This document shows positions 53,101 through 64,000 of a stretch of 64,000 nucleotides of DNA, piece by piece. This DNA comes from Camelus dromedarius. Its lineage: Eukaryota. Within the stretch, counting starts at the first letter, position 1, and each line of letters opens with the position of its first letter. The DNA is taken from the NCBI RefSeq assembly GCF_036321535.1, contig NC_087436.1:57662001-57726000 (forward strand), in the 5' to 3' direction. The translations under genes were made by a program, and so were the position numbers. Under the pieces are notes generated by a model. That model was not told where the DNA came from, made no database searches, and worked only from the letters and a program-made list of their open reading frames with translations.

Positions 53101-54609
53101 CTTATCCCTCCATCATGGCAGGTGGGGAGTCAGACAAACAAGAATTCAATACTTATTTTTACCACAAATGTAACCTGAAGTTATTTAACTAGTTCTGAGT
53201 CTCAGCCATATCAACAAAATGCAAATAATGATCTTGAGGGCTTCAAGGAGATCAAAATATCAAGAATAAAATTTATTAGTTAAGTGTGTCCTAAATGCTG
53301 GCTAGTAACATTATCTGTAAGCTTTAATGTTGGTAATTCATTAATATAGTCCTTTGTAACTCTAAGAAGTAATATCTATGTCAGAAGCATCTATCTTTCA
53401 TATTTATACTCATTTTTATTTCTGAGGAATTATATATAGAACTGGTTTTGTGTTTTTGTCACTATGCCAAAACTACTGCGTTGGCAAAAGATACCTTAAA
53501 ACTTCAAGGTCACCTTAACATTTGGGTTGCTTGCAGTTGCAGTGCTATAATACAATACTGAAAGTAAAATATAATATATTATAATATATTGGAATATACC
53601 ATATGTTGGAATATTGAGAAGTTATAGAAGTCAATATAGACTTATTGTTTCTACATCTTTGAATTTGCAAATGACTTATGTCAGTATCTTTCTAAATTTC
53701 TAGAGACAAGCAGTAAATCTATTTTTAAAAATAAATTATATAACACATCTCTGAACTATTTATTCATTGTTTAGTTTAATAATCCAGGTTTCATCTTCCA
53801 AAAGGAAAAAAAGTTGAGTCACGTATTGTTACCTCAGTGCAATAGTGATACTCACATATCTACATGACAGCTATCATCTTAAGAATTGGTGTGATGGGAA
53901 AGAATAAGAAATCGTCAAGCCATCGTTATGCACCAATTCTCACGATGATTTTATTCACTCAGCATTGAAGTGAACACATGTTCCTGTGTTGCTACAAATT
54001 ACTGTTTGCATAGGCCAGTTTTCCTCAAGTGTCTGTTTATAAAAATCACATTTTCCCCTTTTTCTCTCAGATAAGATGGGTACAATCATCAGAAGAGAAA
54101 ACAAAATCTGTACATCATACAGAGCTATATCGACTGATTACACTGTTTCCATAATACAAATGAGAACCATTTTACCTAACCTGCAGGGTAGATCAGAGTT
54201 GCAACAATGGTAATTTTACCTTGTTGATATGTATTATCTAAATTATGTAATGCTAACCTCATGTTCACAGACGAATCTCTAATTGAATTGTCTCTAAAGG
54301 AGCTCTTAAAAAAGAACATCTTATACACAGGCTGCTGAGATTTCCTACATTTCAATTTCATTTACCTCAGGTGATATTCTAATTTACTTATAGTATACTT
54401 TAAATTTGTGATGTCTGCAGACTTTTGCATGTACTCTTTACATTGTGGAATATTCCTTCCCTTTTATCTATGCCTTGATAATCCCTGTCTATTCAAAAGC
54501 AATCTATGTGATCCTTTAAGCCCTTTCTACTGCTCTACCCATGAGATAGATGCTTCTTTTATGTTCTCCCTTAACACTCTGCATCATAAGCATGAACACC
54601 TACATTAGC

Positions 54610-54822
54610 ACTTCCTATGTTCCAGGCTCTGTTAGAAGTCCTTTGTTCTTTGCATGTACTAGTTTCCTTAATATTCATAACAGATCTTTGAGATAGCTAA
54701 TATTGTTATCTCTACTTTACAGATGAGGAAACAGAATCATAGAGGGTTTAAATACTTGGCCTCAATTCACAGGTAGGAGGAGACCTGGGTATTTAAATAT
54801 AAACTGGTTCCAGACTCTGTTC
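54610..54822 (-). mobile_element. MIR SINE
   Basis: cctatgttccaggctctgtt...ctttacagatgaggaaacagaatcatagagggtttaaatacttggcc. Confidence 0.85.
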
Positions 54823-57262
54823 TTTTTTTAAAATAGCCTCATTGAGATATAATTTACATACCATATAATTCATCCATTCAAAGTGTACAATTCAATGGCT
54901 TTAGTACATTTGCAGACATGTTACTATCACTGCAATCAGTTTTAAAATATTATAACCCCTTAAGAAATCCAGTTCCCACTGGTCATCATTTCTCAGTCCC
55001 CTAATCTCTCCCAGGTTTAGACAACTACCAACCTACTTTTTGTCCCTATACACTTGCGTATTCCTGACATTTTATATATGTGGAATCATATAAGATGTGA
55101 TCTATTGTAACTGGCTTCTTTCACTTAGCATGTTTTTGAGGTCCATCCATGTACCATGTTATCAGTGCTTCATTTTATTTTATTGACAAATAATATTCCA
55201 TTTTATTGGTATACCACTCTTTTTTATCCATTCATCAGTTGATATACATTTGGGTTGTTTCCATTTTGGGCTGTTATCAATAAAGGTTCTATGAACATTT
55301 GTGTACAAGTTTTTGTATGGGCATGCATTTTCATTTCTCCTGGGAGTATACCTAGAGTGGAATTTCTGAGTCATACAGTAAAGTCTGTGTTTTATCATTT
55401 GAGAAACTGCCAGACAGTTTTCCAAAGCAGGTGTACTACTTTACATTCCCATCAGTTACATATAAAGGTTCTCATTTCTCCACAATTTTGCCAACATATC
55501 TGTCCTTTTGATTTATAGCCATACCAGTGATTGTGAAGTGGTAGTCCATTGTGATTTTGATTTGTGTTTCCATGACGGCAAATGGTGTTGAGAATCTTTT
55601 AATATGCTTATTGACCATTTATACATCTTCTATGAAAAACTGATCAGATCCTTTGCCCATTTTTAATTAGTTTATTTTTCTTTTTCACACTGAGTTGTTG
55701 TTATAATTTTATTCTTTATATATACTAAATACAAGTCCCTTATCAGACACATAATTGCAAATATATTCTATCATGTAGTGGGTTGTCTTCTAATTTTTTT
55801 GGATTCTGTCCTTTGAGACATAGACACTTTTCAAGTTGATGAAATCTAATTTACCTATATTTTTGGTTTTTTGTGCTTTGAGTGTCATATCTAAGAATCT
55901 ATTGCCAAAATAAAGTCACAAATATCTATATATAATGATCTCTTTTAAGAGTTTTATAGTTTTAGCTTGAACATTTCAGTCTGTGATACATTTTGAGTTA
56001 ATTTTTGTACATGATTTTAAGTGAGAGTCTAGATTCATTCTTTTACATGTGGATATCCAGTTGAAAATACTATTCTTTCCCTTACTGAATGACCTTGACA
56101 CCCACAGAAAAATGGGTTAATTCTGGATTCTCAGTTCTACTCTACTGATCTAAATGTCTATCCTAAACAAGTATGATTACTGTAGCCTTCTAGTAAGTTT
56201 TAAAATTAAGACATGTGCATCTTCCAATTGTGCTTGTTTTTGTTTTTTTTTTCTCTTTATTTTTTCTCCCTATTCTGATTCTCTTCCATTTCCATGTGAA
56301 TTTTAGATTCTGCTGGTCTATTATGGTAAAAAAAAAAACACACACAAGAAGAATTTTGATAGAGATTTCATTGAATCTGTAGATCTGTTTGGAGAATAAT
56401 GCCATGTTAACAATACTGAGTCTTCCAGTCCATGACTACAGGATATCCCTCCATATATTTAGGGTTTTTCAATTTCTTTCAACAAAATTTTGTAGCATTC
56501 AGTGTACAAATGTTGCAGTTGTTCTGTTAAGCTTTTTCTTAATTATTTTATTCTTTTTGATATATTTAAATGAAAATGCTTTACTAATGCTTTATTAATT
56601 TCCTTTTTGGACATTTCATTGCTAGTGCACAGAATAAAATTGATTTTTGCAAATTGATCTTGTACTCTGCAAACCAGCTGAACCCAGTTACTAACTCTAT
56701 TAGTCTCTGTGTGTGTCCTCTTTAGAGTTTTCTATATGTAAGACCATGTCACCTGAAAATAGAGGTAGTTTTACTTCTTCCTTTCTAACCTCATTCCTTT
56801 TATTTAATTTCCTTGCCTAATTGGGCTGCCTAGAACCTCCAGCACAATGTTGAACAGAAACAGTGAGAACTGACATCTCCGCCTTGTCACTGACTGCAGG
56901 GGACTCGAGGGGGTGTTCAGCACTTCACCATTAATGTGATCTTAGCTGTGGGTTTATAGACGCTCTTTTTCAAGTTTAGGAAATTTCTTTCCTTCCATTA
57001 CTAGCCTGTTGACTGTTGTTTTTTTTAATCATGAAAGGGCATTAGATTTTTATTAAATGCTTTTCCTACATCTACTGAGATGATCATTTAGGTTTATTCC
57101 TTTATTTATTAATATGGTATCTGACATTGATTTTCATAAGTTGAGACAAACTTGTACTCCTGGGATAAATTTTACTTGATTATGGTGAATAGTCCCCTTT
57201 ATATGTTGCCAGATTCAGTTTACTAGCATTTTGTAGAGGATGTTTGTATCCATATTCATATT
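54823..57262 (-). mobile_element. L1MB-type element: 3'UTR plus 3' part of ORF2 (about 2.4 kb)
   Basis: attgagatataatttacataccatataattcatccattcaaagtgtacaattcaatgg... ORFs 55180..55425 (MENCLAVSQMIK...KWKQPKCISTDEWIKK) and 56190..56405 (QIYRFNEISIKI...LKFTWK) are decayed ORF2. Confidence 0.92.
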
Positions 57263-57289
57263 GTGTCATATTCATTATAGTCACTAAGG

Positions 57290-58200
57290 CCTAAGCTCCA
57301 CTAATTACTGGTTGATTGCTTTACTGCTTTCAGCAATGTCCTGGATTTCCTCATAGTTTGAAGAAAATAAATTTTGGTAGGGGTCATTTTTGTGATTAAG
57401 CTTTAAAATTTATTCTGATCTCAGAAGGGATATTCTTAGCTATCTCATTTTCTGGTTTACTCTGGTGAATTATCTGGCTTATGATTTACTTGCTGCTTTT
57501 AATTAAGAGGAGCCATAGACTTGAACTTCCTCATGATCTGATTCAAATAACTAGAGAATGCTTAAGTGCTCTCTTTTCTTGTGGACTGCTTCTCCCCTGG
57601 ACAAAATCTCTGCTACTACCCTGGGTACTGAGTTGGGTGGCAGCTTCTGGTCTTCTCCACTTACTTCAGTTGGCTTGGAACCTCCGCCCTTGGAGTAAGC
57701 TGGAGTGATGGCAATCAAGGTTCCAGTATTCTAGGCCTGCCACTCCTGGCATGAAGACTGCATCTTATGAGTCAGAGCCGGGTGGAGAAATGGAGCCCAC
57801 AAACTCTTGATCACATTCACTAGAAATTTAGACTTTTCACATTGCAGTTGGATGTATGAAAAATGCAAACAGCCTCCAAGTGAGATAACCCTTAATTGGG
57901 AATTTTTCAGGGAGAGGAAGCCTTGTCTTCTTGGCCAAACCTGCTTGGAGTGGAGCTTCCACCAGGCTGAGCAGGGCAGGGAGTGAGGTGGAAGAGAAGG
58001 AGCAGGAGAGGCTGAGATGTCATAGAATCTTACTGTCTTTACTAAGCTTTAGTAGATTTTCTTGAATAAGTGTTACTTCATCTCCTGTATGCCCTTGGAA
58101 ATTTCCAAGGACTTTAAATGGTTTTGTTTTATTGTTTTATATATTTATTCAGTTTTCTTTGCAGTGTGGCTCATTTTGCTGGGGAGTGGGTCTGTGAAAC
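57290..58200 (-). mobile_element. L1 5'UTR-like segment adjoining the L1MB body
   Basis: tgctttcagcaatgtcctgg...cttggagtaagctggagtgatggcaatcaaggttccagtattct...tttagtagattttcttgaataagtgttacttcatctcctgtatgcccttgg. Confidence 0.55.
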
Positions 58201-59139
58201 CCCTCAAACTCCCATCTCAGAAGTGGAACTCCTCCAGGGACGGTGTTCTTAACCTCAATGTTATACTGTGTACTTCCAATGTAGTAGTTACTACATGGCA
58301 CTTACTATATTTTACTGAGACTTTCAGTTTATTTTATATAGTATCCACTGGAAATTTCCTCAGCCAGAGACGACATTTTTGCCTGGAGCATTGGACCAAA
58401 CTGTACGGTTTATTAACACTCACAAGGAGCCCTCTTCAGACATGGCTGCGGGAGCTGTAAGAGATGGCCATCGACTCCCTTCCCATCTCCTTGCTGTGAG
58501 TGCCTGCACAGGAGAGCCTCTTACCAAGCTCACTCCTCTTGCCCCTAACTTTGCCTCTAGACTCAGGAGGCTCAAAGGCTGAGACCTCAGGAAAGCTTAA
58601 ACCTTCGTGGGGATTCCAAATGCTGGAGGTCTTCAAGTAGCAAAAACTCGGAAAATGTCCTTAGCAAAAAATTAAGCACAGTGACATTTCCGGGCTATTC
58701 TTAGAGAATTTTCTTAGTTATATATTAACACATAGAGCCTATTTAAAGTTAGCCTGAAACCAAACACGATCTTTGCGAGACAATGTAACTGACACACAGA
58801 CTTTTAAAGATTTGTACAGTTTATAATTTGGGTGTTTTCTTTTTGGTAACAATTATTTGTGTTCATTTTTCCTCTAAGAAGCACCATCTTCACTGGCAGG
58901 AGAGTTGTTATTCTCATTAGCAGATTTTCAAATTAAAGTAACAGTGAGTGGGACTAAAAGTCATGACTCTGCAGTTGATGTTTTGCTTGTCTGCCTTAGG
59001 GTCCTTTAAATAATTTTCCACAAAAATCTAAAGATTGATGACAATGATTAATTATGCCTTCATGATCACTCATACTTATTTTTTTCTTTTTTTTTTTACA
59101 CGGCATTTTCCACTGCAGAGATATAACATCTTATATTCA

Positions 59140-59370
59140 GAAATACTCAGCACTTTACTAACTGCTTTCACATACTTAACCAATTTACTCTCATAATAAC
59201 CCTGTGTGGCCAGTTTTATTATTCCTCTTTTACAGACAGAAAAATCAAGGTTCAGAATAGCTCCTTGGCTTCCATAAGTTCAATAATCTATTAAGTAGAA
59301 AAGGTGGAACTTGAGCTGATATCTTTTGACTATAAATCCAGTAATCCGCAGTATATGCCAAGTGGCTTTT
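59140..59370 (-). mobile_element. MIR SINE
   Basis: tttactctcataataaccctgtg...ttattattcctcttttacagacagaaaaatcaaggttcagaa. Confidence 0.72.
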
Positions 59371-59918
59371 AGTATGAGTATACTGGGGAGAGAAGAGTAG
59401 GTGGAGAAAAGGCAATGAAATAGATTGAAGCACTTCCAATAAGAAAAATTACTGCATGTTATTTACTCTTTTGTTAAATAGTACATTCAGAAGAAGCTGA
59501 GTACACTGCTTGATCTTACAATGACATAATTCATCGGAACATAAATTATAAAATATCAGTCCACATGGAAACAAAAATATTGTGGAACAAAGGCCAAACA
59601 GTGAGTTCCTCTAAGATCCAGAGAATATTAAATGCTTCTAAATTATTTGTAATGTCTCATCAAATGTGAACATGCTATTTCATATGAACGATTCTTGATG
59701 TTTTTAACTAAAACTTTCTGCTTCTTTACCTTAAAAGCATGTGAGTCATTTCTTAGTACCAACTATGTCAAAAGATTTAAAAATAGTATAATCCTTTGTC
59801 ATTTCTCTGGGAAATTTAGACTTGATAGAAAATAAAAAATTAGGAATCCTAGGACTACTCATTCAAGCATAGTCTTGTATCAATTCCTTATTTTTGTAAT
59901 GACATATAAAATTTCTTG

Positions 59919-59965
59919 TTTCCTTCTTTCCTTCCTTCCTTCCTTCCTTCCTAACTCCCGCCTTT

Positions 59966-60028
<63 letters not shown>
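59919..60028 (+). repeat. Compound simple repeat (TTCC)n ... (TC)n(CA)n
   Basis: Direct reading: TTCC run 59919-59952, TC run 59970-59997, CA run to 60028. Confidence 0.95.
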
Positions 60029-60029
<1 letters not shown>

Positions 60030-61094
60030 CTTCAGGCTATCAGAATATTTTAATTTGTTCACTCAACAAATATTTACTGACCTGCTTCTACATACCCACC
60101 ATTGTGGCATTGTATGTGAAAACCAACTTGCATTTTACTGGTACATAGTTTAGAGGATGAGCCTAACACTAATGAGATTATTACAGAATAAAGATAGTTA
60201 TAAAGAGTTCTAAATGAAAGAGCACAGCGAAATGAGGAATTAAAATTGTCCTGTAAACCATGAACCTGGTCCTGGACATTGCTGTTGAAATTAGGTCATA
60301 AAGACTGTGACATCTGTTTCTCTCTCTCTCACTTTCTCTCTCTCTCTCAACTTTATCATTCCTTGCCAGCCTCTTCAAAATATATTTAATTCTGAGTCCT
60401 TCACAAACAGATCCTATTTTCTGATAGAGAACTTAATCATTTTGATAAAATGCTTTATGTGGAACTCCTTGAAAGCAGGGACTATATCACATTTATCTTT
60501 GCCTCTCGGGGACTTAGTGCAATGCTTAGCTTACAACAGATGCTCAATAAATAGCTCCTGAGTCAAAGCTAATAGTTTAGGGTGTACTATAAAAAACTAT
60601 TTCACCTTTCCCTGATCTCAGATAACATCTACATGTTCACAGGGAAATAATTCCTGCTAAAAATAATTCCAAGAGGTGAGACTGATAATAGGAAAATATT
60701 TTAAGAAAATGAAATTACTATTAAAATGATAGTAGGCATCTGTCTGATACACCTTTCCCATAGTGATTTGCTCGGGGAAATTTACCTCTCTTAACACATA
60801 GTTTGGACTTTGTTTTATGTGGTATTGTTTTAATATAAGCTGCCTTGGTGTTATTTTCTACATTTATTTTTCTATGAGTCTAGTGACAGTTTTAGTTCAG
60901 ACAGTAATTTTTTTCATTGCTATTACTGTCCTATTTTTAAAATTGGCTTCATTTTCTACTGTTATTTCTTTACTTTCAGAGGTATTCTTTAAAATAGCCT
61001 CACTGTTTATGATGGCTTCTTGCCTAGTTTTGTTGAATTTAACTTTCCAGGAATATCCATTAGCCTAATTAATTTTCTAAAGATGTCATCCATA

Positions 61095-61255
61095 TATTAT
61101 TTAATCTAAACTGTTTTCAATTGTAAGATGCACAATTGTTTTACCACTAATGAAGTATGCTGCCAATTTTAATTGCAAGAAGAATCAATTGAAAGATGCA
61201 TCCTGATTCAGAGATATTAAAATGTGAAAAATTTTGAATTTTTAAAATATAGAAA
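61095..61255 (-). mobile_element. TcMar-Tc2 MITE (MER104-like)
   Basis: attgtaagatgcacaattgttttaccactaatgaagtatgctgccaatt...aagatgcatcctgattcagagatattaaaatgtgaaaaa matches the reverse complement of recalled MER104. Confidence 0.75.
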
Positions 61256-62780
61256 AACCATCACCACAGCTTTACCATCAATTTCCAATCATATGTGTAT
61301 ACAAAGCTATGTAACTTATTCTTCTGGTGGTTTTAGGCAAAGGAATACTGTATTGTATATTTAATATAGAACAACAGCATTGCATTTTTTAAAAAAATAT
61401 TCTTAGATATTTAGAAGATGTCCCACTAGAATGAAACTTCCAAAAGAAAGTATCTTCATTTGTATTGCATGTACCCCAAGCACCTAGGCAAGGCACTCAA
61501 TAAATATCTCTCAAAAGAATTTATGAATGACTTCATGTTTCATTAGAGAAGGCATGTTTCTGTTTTAAGCAAAACCAAATCAAGAAAATAAGACATTTAT
61601 CAGTGAACGCTTTCTAAATGCCAGTTTATGTTTTTCAGATATCTTGCGCTCCTTCTTACAGTATAGCTTCTCAAGCCCTTCTTTCCAATTGTTGCCAACT
61701 TCCTTCCATTTTATTTTCTTAAGTATTCATAATTATTCTGAAGATATTTACAACTCAGTTAATGTTTTGTGAATTACCATGAAAAAATTAATGACATAAA
61801 TGGTCATTTATGGCTATCCATACTTGTACAACTAAAAGAGTGAAAAGGAAAACAATAATCTTAATAAGTGACTTGTAGTAAGACACTAGGCCCAGCTGAA
61901 AAGAAGTAGAGATCAGTAGACTATGTCTGTCTCCAACTGTAGAAACAGAGTTTAGCAGAGGGAATTTTATTCTCATTCTTTCTTTTCCTCTATTTCTAAG
62001 ACACTTATATGGCTTGGTGATAGTTGAATATAAAGTTATCCTTATGTGATGCCATTTAGAAAAATGTTCCTAAGTTACTAATCCAATAACATTTGCAATC
62101 TCAATAGTTATAACATATTTAAACCTAACATGAATTCATTCTGATCCCAAAGACAGAATATCAAAGTGGCTAAGGACATAGCCCCTTTGGGCTTGAAACT
62201 TATCTCTTCTGAGTTATATGGGCGTGGAAATTCAGTTAATTCTTTTGAGTCCTACTTTCATTCTTTAATGCAATCAGTGCATACCTTACAGTGTTTTATA
62301 AGAACTAATTAGGGAAGAATGAGTCTCACCGTTGGGTGGAAGAGGCTTGCAAGGCCATGTAAGTAAGAGCTAGACCTGGAAAGGTGCATGTAGGAAATAA
62401 ATAAGAAACTCATGGCTGGTTTCCATTCCGTTAAGAATTACAGGAAGAACCAGGAACCCTGAAAATTAAGTACAATGGGTGTATATTCTGGGAGTGTAAT
62501 AAGTGTCAACTGGGCACCCAACTGATAAATCCAGTTTGCATCACAGAAGACTTAAGGGAAACAGACTGTTTCTGTATCTCCACTCACTAATCATATTTAG
62601 GATTTGTGCAGGGCTAAGCTTGCAGGAAACAGCCCATCATGAGCCATGAAGGTGAGACTGGGGCACGCAGGCATCAACACTGTGTGAAGCAATACCATTT
62701 CATGCACAAAATAGCAATCATTATGTTCAGCTTGGAAATGAGTGTAAAGTAACTGGCCCTATGAAGATTCCACCTCCACC

Positions 62781-62809
62781 AAACAAAACAAAACAAAACA
62801 AAACAAAAC
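62781..62809 (+). repeat. (AAAAC)n pentanucleotide repeat
   Basis: Direct reading. Confidence 0.9.
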
Positions 62810-62929
62810 CTCACTTTCATCTTACTCACTCGCAAGCATTTCCAACTCTCAAGTCAATTAAATCCTATAGACACCCCAGTTCGCACGCTTGTAACAGTAG
62901 GAGTAGAGAGAGTATAATATAATGTCAAC

Positions 62930-63175
62930 AAGGAAGCAGTTAAGAGATCTGGCGTCAGACTTTCTGGATTAGAATCCCAATTCTCTCTGCTACTTACTAT
63001 CTGTATAATCTTCCACATTTTTTCCAACTTCTGTATTCTTCAACCAAATTCTTGGAATCAGAATACTATCTATGTATTGGAAACACTGCGAGGACTGAAT
63101 AAGATAATACATGAAAACGACTCGGTAGAGTATCTTGCACAGAGTCAGTGAATAACAAACTGTAGCTGCTCCATT
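62930..63175 (+). mobile_element. MIR SINE
   Basis: agttaagagatctggcgtcagactttctggattagaatccc...ctgctacttactatctgtataatctt...gaggactgaataagataatacatgaaa. Confidence 0.78.
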
Positions 63176-64000
63176 ATCTGTGCATCCTCCAACAAGATTC
63201 CGTGCATGCTATGAGGTATGAATATGCATGTAACATGAACAATGTGTTATTCACATGTGTTATTTATCTTATGTCCGTTACTAAGTCTATCATATAGTAA
63301 GCACTAAATAAATATTTGTTTAAGGGCTAAATGAGTTTATTTTACCCTAAAATATGAATGTCAAAGACAAAAGCAAAGCACAGATGTTGCCTTTTATTGC
63401 TGTTTTCACCTGAGTTTCCATGTGAATCATTAGAGAAGAGACTGTTACAGTTTACTGCGCTGTAAATGTCTGTCTTTTTAAAACATATTGGCACGTTAGT
63501 GCAAATGCATAGCCACACCTTTGGGTACATACAGAAGCACCTTCACAATTAAGTTATGAAATATTCATAATATAATCATTTGCCAAACAGTGTAAATCTT
63601 ATTACAACAATGACTAAAAATAAATTATAGACACCAAAAAGGGAGGGTAGATAATGCAACTGAATTTCCTTTTATAGAGAATATCATAGATCCTTCTTTT
63701 AGACAAGGAAATTATGTTGAGTTTACTTAATTTGTATTAAACAATGTACAAAGGGCAGCCATTGCTGTAATAAACCTTGATAAACATTCAATTAGCATCA
63801 ATGGCTCAAAAAAGACTGCTTCTTCTATTTACTAATTTTGCAAGTTTTTAAGCCTATAAGAAAGATTTTTTTCAAATTTAAAAACAAGTGGGCTTTTCTG
63901 AAGAAAACTGAAGTTCATAACTATGGACTATTAGGTTTTGAAACATACCACAAAGTAGCACAAGGTTAGACACATTGAAACAGGCAAGGGGTGTGCATAT

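Noticed and set aside
59875..60378. ORFs with THTHTH, CVCVCV and ERERER runs
   Set aside because: Translations of dinucleotide microsatellites.

Overview
AT-rich, repeat-rich mammalian genomic DNA lying wholly inside the glutamate receptor delta-2 gene (GRID2/GluD2), which is transcribed on the minus strand. Two internal coding exons are present, both with canonical AG/GT splice sites. The first is 198 bp at 39088-38891 (S1 ligand-binding segment, EEPFVMV...GELVFK). The second is 313 bp at 9678-9366 (end of S1, M1 and the M2 pore loop, RADIGIS...SFVQQG). They are separated by a 29,212-bp intron and, from recalled human gene structure, correspond to exons 10 and 11. The rest is intron filled with L1, L2, MIR, MaLR/ERV LTRs, DNA-transposon fossils and microsatellites. 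The youngest L1 3' ends and the apparent lack of Alu, B1/B2, Bov-tA/A2, CHR, PRE-1 and Can-SINE elements suggest a camelid genome (inference). I found no previously undescribed biological system. The best second-look items are a highly decayed CR1-type LINE with a readable RT motif, a near-exact 29-bp copy beside a compound microsatellite, nested transposons and a few repeat-poor candidate regulatory blocks. Repeat boundaries are approximate and subfamily names come from recognition by eye, not a database search.
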